Shown: piece by piece, positions 26,030-43,665 of the stretch
Position numbering within the stretch: the first letter of the stretch is position 1
How the letters are laid out: every line of letters begins with the position of its first letter
Source: the human T2T-CHM13v2.0 reference genome, Homo sapiens
NCBI RefSeq assembly: GCF_009914755.1
Contig: NC_060941.1
Direction: 5' to 3' (one strand)
Length of the DNA: 64,000 nt
Made by a program: the position numbers and the translations under genes
Notes under the pieces: model-generated
What the model saw: the letters and a program-made list of their open reading frames with translations, nothing else
Database searches by the model: none
Told to the model about the DNA's origin: nothing

Positions 26030-26215
26030 GTGTTAAAAATTCAAATTGACCAGTTAAGTTAAAAAAATGGAGACCTTTCCTATGCAATGTGGATGACAAG
26101 CTTCTTTTGAAAAACCAGATCTGGCAACACAAGACCCCCTGCATTCCAGATCATGACCATCAGCTGTAACTTAGAAGGGCAGGCTCTTTCCAGTTCTCTC
26201 CACTGTTTCTTCCTA
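26030..26215. mobile_element. MER102-like hAT fragment
   Basis: cttcttttgaaaaaccagatctggcaacac motif. Confidence 0.5.
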
Positions 26216-26254
26216 GTGCTCTATCTTAGAGATAACCTAGTGTTACCTCTTATA

Positions 26255-26460
26255 TTGACTACTGACCAGCTCATGTGATTGGACAAACACTTTCACTCTT
26301 TTAGTCTCAGTTATCCCGTCTGTAAAATGAAGATGATAATCATTAACGCTTATCCCAAAAGTTTCTTTTGAGGATTAAAAAACCTCAATTAAAAAGTTTT
26401 TTTCACAGTGCTTGGTGGAGAGAAAGAACTCAGGGTTAGCTATTATTATGGTCATTATTA
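26255..26460 (+). mobile_element. MIR fragment
   Basis: agtctcagttatcccgtctgtaaaatgaagatgataat core. Confidence 0.65.
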
Positions 26461-27059
26461 GGCAGCTTTGCAAATTAATGGGTATCTAATTGAAATACAT
26501 ACCTAAGTGGACACCGACAGAAATTAAACTGTGGATAACACACACATTTGTTATAGGGACATAATATTTTTGAAAAATACAGTGAATTTTTCTTTTTTCC
26601 TACTTTCTTGTAGTTGGTCTTCTCTATATTCTCCTCTTAGGGAAAAGCATTTGACAGAGAATCTTCTGCTGTCACATCCACCCTTCACCCTATTCCACGC
26701 TGACTTGTTTGGATTATATCAGTAGAGGATAATGGTGTCACTATTTATTCCCCTGTCTAGCTTCTTCCCTAAGGCATTGCATTGAGCCTGCTGAGACCCT
26801 CACTGAAGATTACTACTTCCCTTCAAATATTCTCTCCTTCTGAGTTTGGTAACCCTTCCGTCAGACCATGAGGTCCTGGACCTGGGGTGGTAATGATGAC
26901 ACTCTCACTAGCCCTGAGGCTCTGTCACGTTTCTTGCAGTGCTCTCATATGTCTTTGAACCTTTTGTAGACAATCTTTTTTATCAAAACAATTTCTACTT
27001 ATCCTACTTGGAGTAAATCATCAGCTGATGTAGCTTCCATTGCCTTGAAAAAAAAATTA

Positions 27060-27407
<348 letters not shown>

Positions 27408-29879
27408 CTAATCTCAAGACAATATTTTGAATCTACAGCAAGGTAATGGTCCTAGAAATCAGGCTTCATGGAGAGAGAAAAAAGTTTTTAAAATTCTTGG
27501 AGGTTTCCATTAACATATAGAAAGCCAGGCTAGGTCACAGAGGATCAAAGCCACAAGTGGAGAGCAGGCAGGAGAAATGACTTGTGGGAAATTTCCACCA
27601 GACAGGAAGAGAAAATAGAAACCATTGCCCTGGAGAAGGAAGGGAGATTTTGAGAGGGCACAACCAGGATGTGTACCGCAGCTTGGTCACTGAGAAATGA
27701 CTGTTTCCTCCCCAACCCCACCTTACTTAAGCAAAATTGGGGCAGGGTGTGATGAGGCATTGGAAACCCTCACAGAAAGCCCAGATAGCTTGAGGGAGAG
27801 TCAACACATCTTGACTTGTCCCCCGTGTCCCCCCTGTGACTACTGTGGTAGGGAAGTGGTGAAACTTCCACCATCCCTCTTCCAGGGTAGAGGGTTCCTT
27901 ATGGCCCAGAGTTCCTGTCTGCCCCAGGGAGAGGACACCAAGGTGCTGAGAACAATGTTGTCTTGGTATAGACTTCAGGGCTAAGAAGCAAGAGGCCACA
28001 AACCATAGAGGGCTGGTGATTTGAGGGACCCAGAGACCTTGGACATCAGCAGCAGATGCCAGCGGATGCCCATAAAGGACAGTGAAATTGGCCACACCTA
28101 AGTAAACACCAGCCAAGGACATTCAGGGACAAAACCAGCGTGTAGCTGAAGACTCAGGACTCCAAGGACTATATGCCAGCTTTTCTCTGCCCCCAGATAT
28201 CACCTTGGGAAGAAGATATGGGCAAAGTGACCCCTTAAGAGAGGAGGGAAGCAGTCTTTGAATTTCCTGGGCAATTTACCCAAATGAAGCTGAGTTAATC
28301 CCAAAGTGAAATGTTTTAAACAGGAACAAAGTCAGTTGCCCTTAATTAAAATTAATTTAATTAATTTGAATTTTTCTCTGCCAGCAGGAGGAAAGGTAGC
28401 TTCAGAGTAAGTGAGTAATTATAAACAATAATGAACTTCATCTTTTTTATACTTCTGAGTGTTCTGTATAAATTTTGTTTTGTAAATTCTGCATGACCTC
28501 TCTCACAAGATTGACCCTTTGCTCTGGAACTTTGTCTTTGAGTCACTGAGTCATATTAAGGGTGGTGAATGAATTTTATCTAACATAACCATTACTTTTA
28601 CTTACTAAGTAATTTTAAACATAAACATGGAAGGAAATTAAGATAGAAAGAAAAATATCATATCCCTCCACCCTAAAGCAAAAACATCCATTTTGAAAAA
28701 ATATTTTCTTTGCCCATGTGGTTAATATACTGGTGAGAGATTGGCCAAACCGTTTGCCTACAAAAGTCTGTCCTGTCAACATCCTGAGTTTGTCCTTGGT
28801 GACGTAAAGGAAAAGAGAGAGAAAGAGAGAGAGAAATGAGCTGAGTACCTGATGTTGTCATATGGCATCAAGCTTCTCCTTACTTGGATGCCCTTCCAAT
28901 TAGTGAAACAGGACATTTTTAGGATGGTGTCCAGACTCAACAGTGTCAATAGGATTTCACTCTTTCTATCTTACTTCTTAGTGTTTGCCATTATACAAAA
29001 CCCCAGGATTCACGGGGATTCCTCTCTATTCTTCATCTGGCATTCTAGACCCTGATTCTGGGGCTCTTGACTGTTGGATTATTGACATTATGATGTTATG
29101 GGTAGGATATTCCAAGTAGAATCCCTGAGTTTTTATTAATTGGAGTCTTAAAGAACAGATTTACAGATTTAAACTTTGCTTACCTCTGCCTGTTTTTCTC
29201 CTTTGTGTTTTAATGCATGTGACACTTTAAGGAAGTGTTTTACTTGGATACTTGGGAAATGAGCAGTGAAGTGAAATAGCTTTCCCTGCTCTTATTTGTA
29301 TTGCTCTGATTTGGAGGCATATACTCTTCTAAATGATTGCTTATTCACGTGCTTCTGTCAAATTAGAACCTTAAAGAGGCATGATCAGATTTGCCCACAT
29401 TCCTGAGTAGGGGAGATGCCTATTTCAACAATAGTACCTACAGGGTTAATACAGACCAAGAAGCCTACTTGTTGTGGGTAAGTTACAGTAGCTGGTATTT
29501 TAAGATGACATTTGTTTGTCTCTGCAAATATTCCCACAAGTGTTCTCTCAGTAGTTCACTGTTTGGAGCTTCTTGCAGAAGTATCTCAAACATGATGATC
29601 ATGGGGCCACATGAGAAGTACTAAGCACCGTTGATGATGTTCCTGTGTATTTTTCAGCTTTGAAGGGGGTGACACTTAGATAAACCCTGGAGAAAAAAAA
29701 ATAGAGAAAAGACTGAATCAAACCTAGAGGCAAAAGCTATGGACAAATGGGTGAAATAAACAAGCAATTTTCTTTTTGTTGTTCCTGAAGCCCACTACAT
29801 TAGCTTTGGCAGCATTACCAGATTTTAAGTCATGCTGACCAAATCAAATACGAAAATCAGATCGTGATAAGCTGGACTG

Positions 29880-30780
29880 ACATTATTTCTAATTTCTTTT
29901 ATAATTTCCTTTGTGAGTCATGAATAATTTAGAACCATATTTCTTTCAGTTTCTGAACACACAAAAGTATTTTTGTTTTTTTCTTTGAAATTGAGTTCTC
30001 ATTGCATTGTGTTGGAGAATATAGTCTGCATGTTTTATCAATCAATTCCTTAATATTTATTGAAATGTCCTTTATGGTCTGGTATGTGCTCAGTTTTTGA
30101 AAATATTCTCTGGAAAATTGAAAAGAATTCAGATTATTTAAGAGTTGACATAAAGTTCTAAATATGTGAATTTGACCAAATGTCTTACTCCTGCTGTTTA
30201 ACTCACCAACATCATTAATTTTTTGATCACTTGATCGATCAGTCTGTAATAATTAAGTATTAAAAATTACACTCTAAGAAATTCAATATACCATAATTTT
30301 ATTGACCTTTACTTTATATGAGTTGTTGCTTTTGTAGGGCAAAAAGTGGTCAACTATTAGGAATTTCTTACAGTTTGATGTAATATTTTGGAGCTATGTT
30401 GCTCATGTTTGTTGGTTCAGGTTTGTAATATTTTTCTGACATATTGTGTGATAATGTTTTTACTTTAAAGTCTATTTCATCTGCCAATTTATATGGTTAG
30501 AGCATCTTTATTTTGATCAGTATTTAAAAAATGTAATCCACATATCTTTCTTCTGATTAAATTCTATTTGGACTAATGTCTGGCATATTATTATTATTTT
30601 TTCTATTTACTATGAGTTTGACTCACAATAAATATTCAGTACTTGGTAGTTTAAAAATAACAAATATTATTAATTTAATAATTGATGTATTTATTATTAA
30701 TATTCTCTTTATAAGAGTTTAACTTTGATGCTGATGTAGTTTCATTATGATTTTTTAAAAATTATGATAAAATATTTCCT
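29880..30780 (-). mobile_element. Old L1M (ORF2 endonuclease region) fragment
   Basis: gcattgtgttggagaatatagtctg...tttatggtctggtatgtgctcagtttttgaaaatattc antisense L1M motifs; boundaries approximate. Confidence 0.6.
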
Positions 30781-31004
30781 GTATTTATTAGCCATTTCAT
30801 AAGCTTACCTGATTTTTTTATTTGAGGTTTTATTGTATTTTACAGTAGCAGGGTGGGTGAAAAGAGGATACATAGAATTTTTATGTATCAGTGTTAGCTG
30901 TGGGGTTAGCTTTGGCTTATTGAAGTTACCAATAATGAACAATCCTCAGTATCCAAAGGATACAGAATCATAAAACGTTGGAGATGGAAAAAAACATCTA
31001 TTGA

Positions 31005-31304
<300 letters not shown>

Positions 31305-32846
31305 CTACTGAAACTTCCCATCAAGAATCTCAATCTTTTACAGAAGACCAAAATAAAGACATGCTACTCTGATACAGGGCACAGAGGTTCCAAACAGTGA
31401 AATAATAACTAAGCCAGGTCTGGTTCACATCATTTTACTTCCATTTTTGTCTGCAAGAGACTGTGAAAACAGGAGATTTCAACCAAAAAATCTAAGCCTA
31501 TTGCACTGGGAAGTGGTGATTCCCTCTGAGTCAGATTGGATGATATTTGAGGTTATTTAAAACACTGAGTTTTGATGTTTTTTTTCTTAAATACAGAAGA
31601 GGAGGATCTCACAGTTAATGATAGAACCAGACCTGGACTATTGATTTCTTGATTCCAAATTCACCATTCTAGATATAAAGGCCACCCAAGTCTCCTCCCA
31701 CCCCCCAGTGTACCCCTGTGCCTTGAGGCCATAGTTACTGTGAACTATGTATTGTCATACTTCTTTCTCTCCTCAGAGACACTCCATCAGTGGAGGGACC
31801 CTGAATGGGAGCTTATCAGGACTGCAGCCTTCTTTAGGGAGGAAAGGGTAGGATGATGCTAGAGAAACAAGAATTTTTCCACTGAACACTAAGCTAAAAA
31901 GGGAGAAAAGAAGGCCTTTTGAGAAAAGCCTTAAGGAGCTGCAATTGCTCAACCAGTGGAACAGCTGAGGATTGGTCTATGTGAGTTCAGCATTCGCTTG
32001 GCAAAGCGATGCACCCTGCCCAGGGGCTGGTACTACAAAGTTGGCAACCATATGTTTTTCATATCTCAGTATGAAAATGGATTCCAATTTAAACATAAAG
32101 TATTAAAGTTAGATACAATACAACCTCACTTAATTCACTAATTCAGAAGTTGTAATTATTTAGAAGGAGAAAACCTGATATTTACCTTCATGTTTTTTAT
32201 TTTAGGAAAGAAAGAGAGAGCAACAGTGTGTGTCTGAGAGATTTATTGTATAATATGATCAATATATTCACTAAATATTATCACTATTCATTAAAATAGG
32301 TTTTCAAAATATTAATACTTGAAGAAACTATTAGCTCTAATTGAAACTACTTCACATATATATGGAAAAGAATCAAAAAGCAGATTTCTGGAAAGTGTCA
32401 TAATTCATATGCTTCAGTAAGATACTTAGATGATCTCATTCATTCATTTAGTCATTCAACAAAAGTATATTCAGTGCCAATTCCGTACCAGGCATTATGC
32501 CATCTAGTTCTAAGCAGGGAAGTTTCATTTTGTAATGGAACAAGTGAAAAGAACCGCTTTTCTTGAATTTCTTCTTTAAAAGTCACTTATGTTTCTACTG
32601 ATTTAGGAGAGTTTAAATGCAAACATATGAGTAAAGAAACAGGCTAGCTGACATATCCAGTCACAAAAGACAAATTGTGCCTTCCTGTTAAAGTCTAATA
32701 TTTTTCAGCTAAAAAGTATTCATCCATGATGTTCTTAATAAACTATTCATAAATATAGAAGGAAGACATGAAGCCACAGATATGTTTATTTGACATAGAG
32801 AAGGCTTAGTTCAGGGGTGGGAAGACCACTTTTGTAATGCATTTTT

Positions 32847-33138
<292 letters not shown>

Positions 33139-33689
33139 TTGTAATGCATTTTTAAAATTGATTTTACACAAATGATTCTTTCTATAAGAATATAACATAT
33201 AGCCTCCAACCTGACCCCCAGGTTGAAATAAAATAATGGAGGCTTTGCTTAGTTTTTCCAAAGAGATGAATGTAATGTAATCAATAAAACTGGAACATCT
33301 TCAGTTTGATGGGGAAACTGAGCACCAAAGAAGTAGGCAATTTTGGGAAAGAAAAAAAGCATCCAGGAGTCTTTGGTGAATATCCTAATGCTGAAAAAGT
33401 TTGGGGAGATTTGGATGTAGGGCACCTGACTACTGAGCAATCAGTAGGGTGTTTCTTCTGATTGATCCTATCTAGAAGCAGGAAAAAGTAACTTACATTC
33501 AATGGGCATCTGCTTTGGGATAGCTGTGGTATTAGATTATACATACACATACACACATGCTTACATATGTGTATGTATAGATTTTATGCATATGTACATA
33601 TTAGATTACACACATTATATGTGCACGTGTTTTATATGTATTTATAATATATTTTATATATTATAATAATTTAAAATATAATCTTTCCA

Positions 33690-34090
33690 AATACCTGTGA
33701 TATAAGTAGTATTAGCCAATTTTAATGATAAAGTGTCTTCGGCTTAGAGAATTACTTGTGTAAGGTCATACTTTTAAGAGGAAGAATGAGGATTTGTGCT
33801 GAAGTCCATTGAGTTCCAGAACTCACTAATTTTTCCACTATATATTGTTGTCCAGAGAATAAATGAGCTGAAAACTTTAAAAATCAGATTGATATTTTAA
33901 TAGACTCCATCATTTGTTAGGTGTGTGAACTTGAGAAAATTCCTTAAGCTCTCTGAGCTGCATTTGACTATTTGCAAAATGGGGTTATAGAAAGTTCACT
34001 GCCTGCCTTAGAAGATTGCTGGAGAATTCAATGAAACAGTAAAATAAAAGTACTTAGTGAACATTCCAAAGTAATGTAGAAAATAATACT
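33690..34090. mobile_element. Two MIR fragments (minus about 33690-33845, plus about 33880-34090)
   Basis: Degenerate MIR cores in opposite orientations. Confidence 0.5.
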
Positions 34091-34107
34091 ATGAAAGAAC
34101 TGTACAA

Positions 34108-34536
<429 letters not shown>

Positions 34537-34719
34537 TCAAAAAGAATAACAAAGATATTTTTTATTGCAATGAGAGGAAAATGCAATGCACAAGGAATTC
34601 TCATTGCTTTTGTGTGTTTGAAAATGTCCATGACAACATGGTTTAAAAAATACTTTCTTATTTTAAAAACTAATTCCCTGAAAAAGTTTTAAAAAATACT
34701 TCCTTGTTTGGCTATTAAA

Positions 34720-35125
34720 GATTAGCTAGGATGATGGTTAAAAATAAGGATTCAGTAGCCAGAATACCTGGGTTTGAATTTCGCCTCTGCCACACTCTGT
34801 GTGACCTTGTGACCTATTTTATCTTCTTGTGTCTTGCTGGCTTCGTCTATAACATGTGGATAAAAATGGTACCTACACCATAGGCTTGGTAGGAGAATTA
34901 AATGAGTTGACGTTTGCTAAGCACTTAATAAATTACATACAAGTATTTGATAAAATACAAATTTTGTACAGAAGCAACAGATTGACCAAATATATTGTGG
35001 GTTTCAAATAGCTCCCATTTACAAGGAACATAAGGATCAGAAAGGTTAAATGACTTAATGTCACACTTAGTAAATAGCTGTGGCTGCATTTGATTCTGGG
35101 TCTGTCAGATTCCAAAATCTTGGTT
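34720..35125. mobile_element. MIR (+, about 34720-34930) and MIR (-, about 34990-35125)
   Basis: cctgggtttgaatttcgcctctgccac...gtacctacaccatagg; aaaggttaaatgacttaatgtcacac. Confidence 0.65.
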
Positions 35126-35520
35126 CTAGGTGCTGTGCTGTCTCCTGTGGGGAAACTATGATAAGTCAGCCCGGTCTTATTTTGGCAAATGATACTGTAT
35201 TTACCCTGACATTTAATGATGTCTTGGAGGGTTTCTTGGATGGGTCTGTTTGTGGGAAGGCTGAGATGCAAGTCCTTTTTAGAAGACAAGACTTGTTTAT
35301 CTTTCATCAGGAGACACTACCTGGGGACCCCTAGATGGTGCCATCAGGACTTTAAAGGATGCCAGAGTTTGACAGGAGGTGAAGTTGGGACCTGAGAAGT
35401 ACTTTCTGTTATTGGGCTTCCACTTTACCGAATGGGATCAAGGAGATGAAAATTAGAGTAAGAAACACAAGACAGGCCTAGTTGTGCTGCATTGTCCCAC
35501 CTCATAAATGAAGATCTGTT

Positions 35521-35817
<297 letters not shown>

Positions 35818-37213
35818 ACTGCTGTCACTCAATATTAAAAGCTACCAAGTTCGTGAAGCATCCTATGTGCCAGGCACACATATATTAATGCATTCAGATA
35901 TTAACTTGATTCTTTTAGATGATCCATAGAAGCTCTAGAAGCTTGAATTGTCCTGCAGATTTATTGCCATTATTTGCACTATCTCTTGCTAACAGAATTA
36001 TCACTGAATGTGTTTTATTAGCTCTAGAGTGAAATAAAAAATAGAACTAGACAGATTATGTAGGCTGCCTCCATCATATGGAAGGATAAGACCATTTCAG
36101 CTTTACTCTTATTTCTTCTGGGATAATGTTCTTACTCTTTTTGAATCAGGCTGATCTGAGCCCATCCTACACAAATGAAAAACTGCCAGCCTCACAGGAT
36201 GTCAGAAGGAAAAATGAACATAGAAATGGGTTAAAACTTACTTTTATTCCTTAAAGAAGAATTAAGAAAAGGTTAGTTGCTTTGACACAGAGAAAATACT
36301 CATAAATAAAAACATGGGTAGCCGATAGATTATCCAATAATCTTTCAGCCCAGTTCAGTTTCAATGAATTATACTTCTGAGAATCAAAGCTAAATAGTCA
36401 AATGCCACACTATTACATTTTGATGAAAAGAGTGGGATCTTGCTTATCCTTAAATGTGGATTTTAATGACACTCTTGAATCTGGTGGCCAATGCCCTGTG
36501 ATCACAGTGAGGGTAAAAATAGTAACAGCAACACTGTCATTAACATTGGTATATCTTATTCTTTACAAAAGAGATTCATACGCATTTTCTTATTTGATCT
36601 CCTCAATCCTGCATGGGACACTTTAGTTCTCCATTCTTGAAGTGGGAGAAATTAACGTCCAGAGATTATAAGACTTACCTACTATCATTACTAATAACAT
36701 AAGTCATTAGTAAGTCCAGGACATTTAGAATATTTTCCTCTATCCCATTGTTTTGGACCAAAAAGTAATGAATCTGTGGTAGTGAAGACTGATCTTCATA
36801 AAAACACTTTGCATGATACTGGAAATAAGAGGTCATAAATAAATAAAAATTAGCTTGTGAAGTTTTTTAAAAACAGCAGTCCTAGATCCTCCAGGATCTA
36901 GTACAAGCAGAAAAGTACATGCAGTACTCTTCTACTAACCTAATTGCTTTTCTGCAGCAGACAGGCAACTGAATATTTGCAAAACTGCTCAGTGGAATGG
37001 TTTAATTCTTTAAGAACTGATTTTCCAGTTTTTTTAGAGGCCGCACAAATATTGCTAAGTTGTATCACTTGAGAATTCTTGGGATAGTCAAATATAGGAG
37101 AGCAAGTCTGCTCATTTCCCCAGCTCATTAAAATGATATTGCAGGAAGATGTTAATAAGAACCTTTCATATAAAAGGATATTTCCTGAGATTTATATACA
37201 AATAGTGAATATA

Positions 37214-37654
37214 CAGTTGACTCTTGAATAATGTGAGGGTTGAGGTGCTAACTCTTGCACAGTAGAAAATTCTGTGTATAACTTTTGACTCTCCAAAAAC
37301 TTAACCAGTAGTCTACTGTTGACCAGAAGCCTTACTGATAATAGAAACAATCAACACAAATTGTGTATGTTATATGTATTATGTACTGTGTTTTTACAAT
37401 AAAGTAAGCTAGAGAAAAAATGTTACCAATAAATCCTAAGGAAGAGAAAATATATTTACTATTCATTAAGTGGAAGTGGATCAGCATAAAGGTCTTCATC
37501 CTTGTCATTTTCATGTTGAGTAGACAGAGGAGGGGGAGAAGGAGAAGGAAGAGAAGGGGTTGGTGTTGCTGTCTCGAGGGTGGTAGAGGCAGAAGGAAAT
37601 TTGCATATAAGTGGCCCCAAACTGTTCAAAATTGTGTTGTTAAAGGGTCAACTT
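37214..37654. mobile_element. Tigger2a (MER28)-like Tc1/mariner MITE
   Basis: TIRs cagttgactcttgaataa / ttgttaaagggtcaact; TA at the left flank. Confidence 0.85.
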
Positions 37655-38805
37655 GATCACAGGGAAGCCAGTCTATCAGCAGAAAGATTCTTTTTCACCT
37701 AATCATCAACTAATATAACTTGAAAGGAAGTCAGCTTGGATCTCCAACCTTCTTTTGTCATTTGGCATCTCTCTCTGAGAGGGACACGTAGTGTCTTTTG
37801 GAAGCAGCAGAGGCCAATGGGGTCTCCACATTCCATACAATGATGTCTCCATCAAAACTAGTGGTAGCAAAGGGATCAAGAGGTGGACAGTCATCCACAG
37901 CTAAGCCGCATTCTGTGTGGAGCTGTCCTCCCATTCTCATGTGTTGGTGACCACGTGAATGCTCTAGAAAGAACCATACAGGAAAAGACTCATCTGGGTT
38001 CCCAGTGAGGATGGGTCACCCTTCCCTAGTGGACTGAGTGGCTCTGACTGCTCCACACTCCAAACAAAGCCTTATGAAGTTCAGAGCAGGACTTTGCTAA
38101 TCCCAGCCCTTTGCACTGGTGGAGAATGGGCAGTGTGAGGCCCCTGGAAGACTGCTTTCTGGGATTTCTCTGCTTTCAGGTTGCTAATGACTAGCTGAGC
38201 CAGACACACAACAACCAGGCTCTTCTCTCTCCAGTGATCTTGTGGTTCATTTCTCCCACCTTACCCATTCATTCTTCCCCCTCAACATACTCTTGGAATG
38301 ACTGTATTTTTCTCGTTGTGTTTATGCTGATTACATATTTGTTGGTCTTGTCTCCCATACGCCCTCTTTACAGGGTGGGGACAGGCTTGTTCCCCACCAT
38401 CCATTATCTAGAGTGCCTACTTACAGAGCTTCATTTCCCGAGGGAGTGCAGTAAAGGCTTGTTTATCAACTGCTGGATTCCTCAGAATGCTCTCTCTTCT
38501 ACTATGGGAGCTTTTCTGATTAAACCCTCATTCAGGTCTGGTAAAGTCAGTTCGGGTCAATACCATTCACAATTCATAAGTTCCTCCTATGACTGAAGCA
38601 CAGGGCTAAGACCTTTAAGCAAAGAAGATACAGTCTGTGCCTTCCAAAGCCTTTGAAGCAAGAGGAGGCATTATCAGTTCAGCAGCTTTCAGCCTTGCTG
38701 TTAACACATTCTGGTGGGCTCTATCAGTTGTGAGACATGTCATCAGCAGTTTGTTACAAATAATAGTTAAAGTGCTGAATAAAATGCACTAATAAAAATA
38801 AATCT

Positions 38806-39122
38806 AGCTAGGTGCGGTGGCTCATGCCTGTAATCCCAGCACTTAGGGAGGCTGAGGTGGGAGGATCACTTGAGCTCAGGAGTTGGAGAACAGCCTGGGC
38901 AACATGGTGAAATCCCGTCTCTACACAAAATTCAAAAATTAGCTAGGCATGGTGGTGTGCATCTGTAGTCTGAGCTACTTGGGAGGCTGAGTTGGGAGGA
39001 TCACTTGAGCCCAGGAGATCGAGGCTGCATGAAATGAGATGGCACTACTGCGCTCCAGCCTGGGCAACAAAGAGAGACCCTGTCTCAAAAAAATAAAAAC
39101 AAAACAAAATAAAAAAAAATTG
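38806..39122 (+). mobile_element. AluJ-like
   Basis: J-type arms; TSD aaaaataaatct (38794-38805) / aaaagtaaatct (39123-39134). Confidence 0.9.
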
Positions 39123-39589
39123 AAAAGTAAATCTAAGTGGATTCAGGGTTATTTTGACTATAACCCTTCATAATTTTTCTAGCATTATTTATGTGTGTGA
39201 AACTCACATAAATATGTAGTTTCCAACTTAAATTTTTTTTCCTGATGCACATGTCCCCCATACCCCTGTGAATCTATATAAGGAGTGCTTGCTTCATTTC
39301 AGCTGAGACATAAGGTGTGGTGATGTATGTGTGCCAACCAGCTTACCAGCTCTGGCTTTGTGCCTCTCATCTGTGTTAGGAAGCTTATCTGAATGCAAGT
39401 CATCAGTGGTGAAATTATTACAAATGTCATCTTTTAGGGGGAGAGGAGGATAAATTCTGATGAGGAAAGAAATAGAAGGCTAAGTTTCCTGGGTGGGGCA
39501 AATCTCAGCTGGGCCTTGAAAAGTAGGTGGAATGTTGTCAGAGCTCTGGAGTATAGGGGTCAGCAGTAATAAGAAGGTTTGGGCCATGC

Positions 39590-41763
<2,174 letters not shown>

Positions 41764-41942
41764 GCTAAAGAGCTAAATTAAACTAAAGAGCTTAGTTTAG
41801 CTAAGGGTGAACCTAAGCTCTGTAAAATTGTGTATTCAAGAAATGATCTTTCTTTTCCGGTTCTGTAATTTATATATATGACGAGGTGACTTGAGAGCTC
41901 CTAGCTAAATTGGTGTTCCAGTACCAAAGCAACTAGCAGCCC

Positions 41943-43118
41943 TGTGATAGTGGTAAATAAAAGGGAGCTGGGAGTGGGTGTCTGTAAGTGACTGCCTTTC
42001 ATGGGATCTTTCTCTTACCTTATGAACGGCCTAATGCCTAGTTGCCCAACCTATGACCAGTTGACCCTCACACGGGAAACTTGTTTGTACTGGCAGACAT
42101 CTTGATGGCTCTTGTATGAGCCATTTCCAGTTTATACCCACATCACCATCTCTCTGGCACTGGGAGCCTGGCCTTGCGTTCTTCCCAACGTCCTAGGGAA
42201 AACTCAGCCTGGGTTCCTCAGATGGAAGGCACAAATTCAATCCACCACTGCAGCAGGAAATAAGTTCAAAGATTTATTACTTACAGATCCTAGGTAGGGA
42301 GGGCACACTTTTCAAAAGAAGATGTATGTGTGGTCAACAAGCATAAGAAACAATGCTCAACATCACTAATCATTAGAGAAATGAGTCAGAAGGGCAGTCC
42401 TCCATCTCCAGGTCAGGCAAGGCAGAAATAAAGAGTCAGGCTGAGGCCAGGCATGGTGGCTCATGCCTATAATCCCAGCACTTTGGGAGGCCAAGCCAGG
42501 TGGATCATGAGGTCAGGAGATGGAGACCAGTCTGGCTAACACAGTGAAACCCCTCTCTACTAAAAATAAAGAAAATTAGCCAGATGTGGTGGCACATGCC
42601 TGTAGTCCCAGCTACTTGGGAGGCTGAGGCAGGAGAACCACTTGAACCCAGATCGCACCACTGCACTCCAGCCTGGGTGAAAGAGTGAGACTCCATCTCA
42701 AAAAAAAAAAAAAGGAGCCTGAGAGAGAGTGCAACAACTAGCAGTGAATATAGAAGAATAGGATGTGGATCACGTTTAAGTTCCTGGGTAAATGTCTGAA
42801 TGATCAGTTTAAAGGAAGCAGCTGAAAAGTGGGAGCCCAGTGTAGTAGGCAGGAAGAATGCCTCTAAGTTCTTATCTCTGGCCACTGGTTTGGGCCATTT
42901 AGGTATGGTGTTTTTTACTTCTGATATCTGGGCAGTAATCTCTGCTGTGCCATTCCTGTTACAGGCAAACAACTGGATCAGCCTCACTGAGGTACTGTAA
43001 GGAGATATAGAACTAGAAACTGTGTTAAGCGTGACTGAGCCCTGCTTTGGTATGAGAAAGCTAAACTTATGTTCAAAATGAATGCCGAGGCAACATAAAA
43101 TTCTAAGAATTCACCATA
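41943..43118 (-). mobile_element. ERVL LTR of the MER54/MER73/MER74 group, interrupted by an L1 snippet and an Alu
   Basis: gcctctaagttcttatctctggccact; tatgagaaagctaaacttatgttcaaaatgaatgccgaggcaacataaaatt...aattcacca terminus. Confidence 0.75.
42445..42713 (+). mobile_element. AluSc-like with right-arm deletion
   Basis: Dimeric Alu; about 25 bp missing at cttgaaccca/gatcgcacc. Confidence 0.85.
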
Positions 43119-43665
43119 CTAGGTGGGTGTTCTTGGGTCATTTCCTGATAGTGTGGGTAAAATAGGACACATTTTAACAAACAACTCATATGTCTTGAGT
43201 GACCATTGCAGTCACTGTGTTATGTTCTCCGAGTGACATGGAGAAACAAGTCATATGCACAGTCCTCAAGTATGTTCCAGTCTAATGAGAAAAGCACGAC
43301 ATAGAAGGATGAAAAATCAATCAATAGCAAAGCAAACTGTCGCAGTTTATTAGACATCACAATCTTGTGCTGAACAAAGCTTATGGCAACACACTTCTCT
43401 AAGAGTTTGGAGAAGAAAGTGATAACATGTGAGTTGGAGTGCTTTAAGAAATCTTTGAGAATGAGGAGAGTTTTGATCTGGGGATTTAAGTTGGGTAGAA
43501 ATTAGCTGTCTGGAGAAGAGGATGAAGTGCTTCTGATGCTCTTCTGGGTGTTTATTGAATCTAGGAGTGCTTGTTACTCTTTGCATTCCTTCAATTATGC
43601 ATTGGTTGCCATTTAAGGTATTTTCTAAATTTCCTCCATCTTCATTGTCTATTGTTTCTTGTAGC

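Noticed and set aside
27540-28340. Possible ancient LTR (MamGyp/ERVL-like)
   Set aside because: Purine-rich LTR-like texture, but I could not fix termini, TSD or family without a Dfam search
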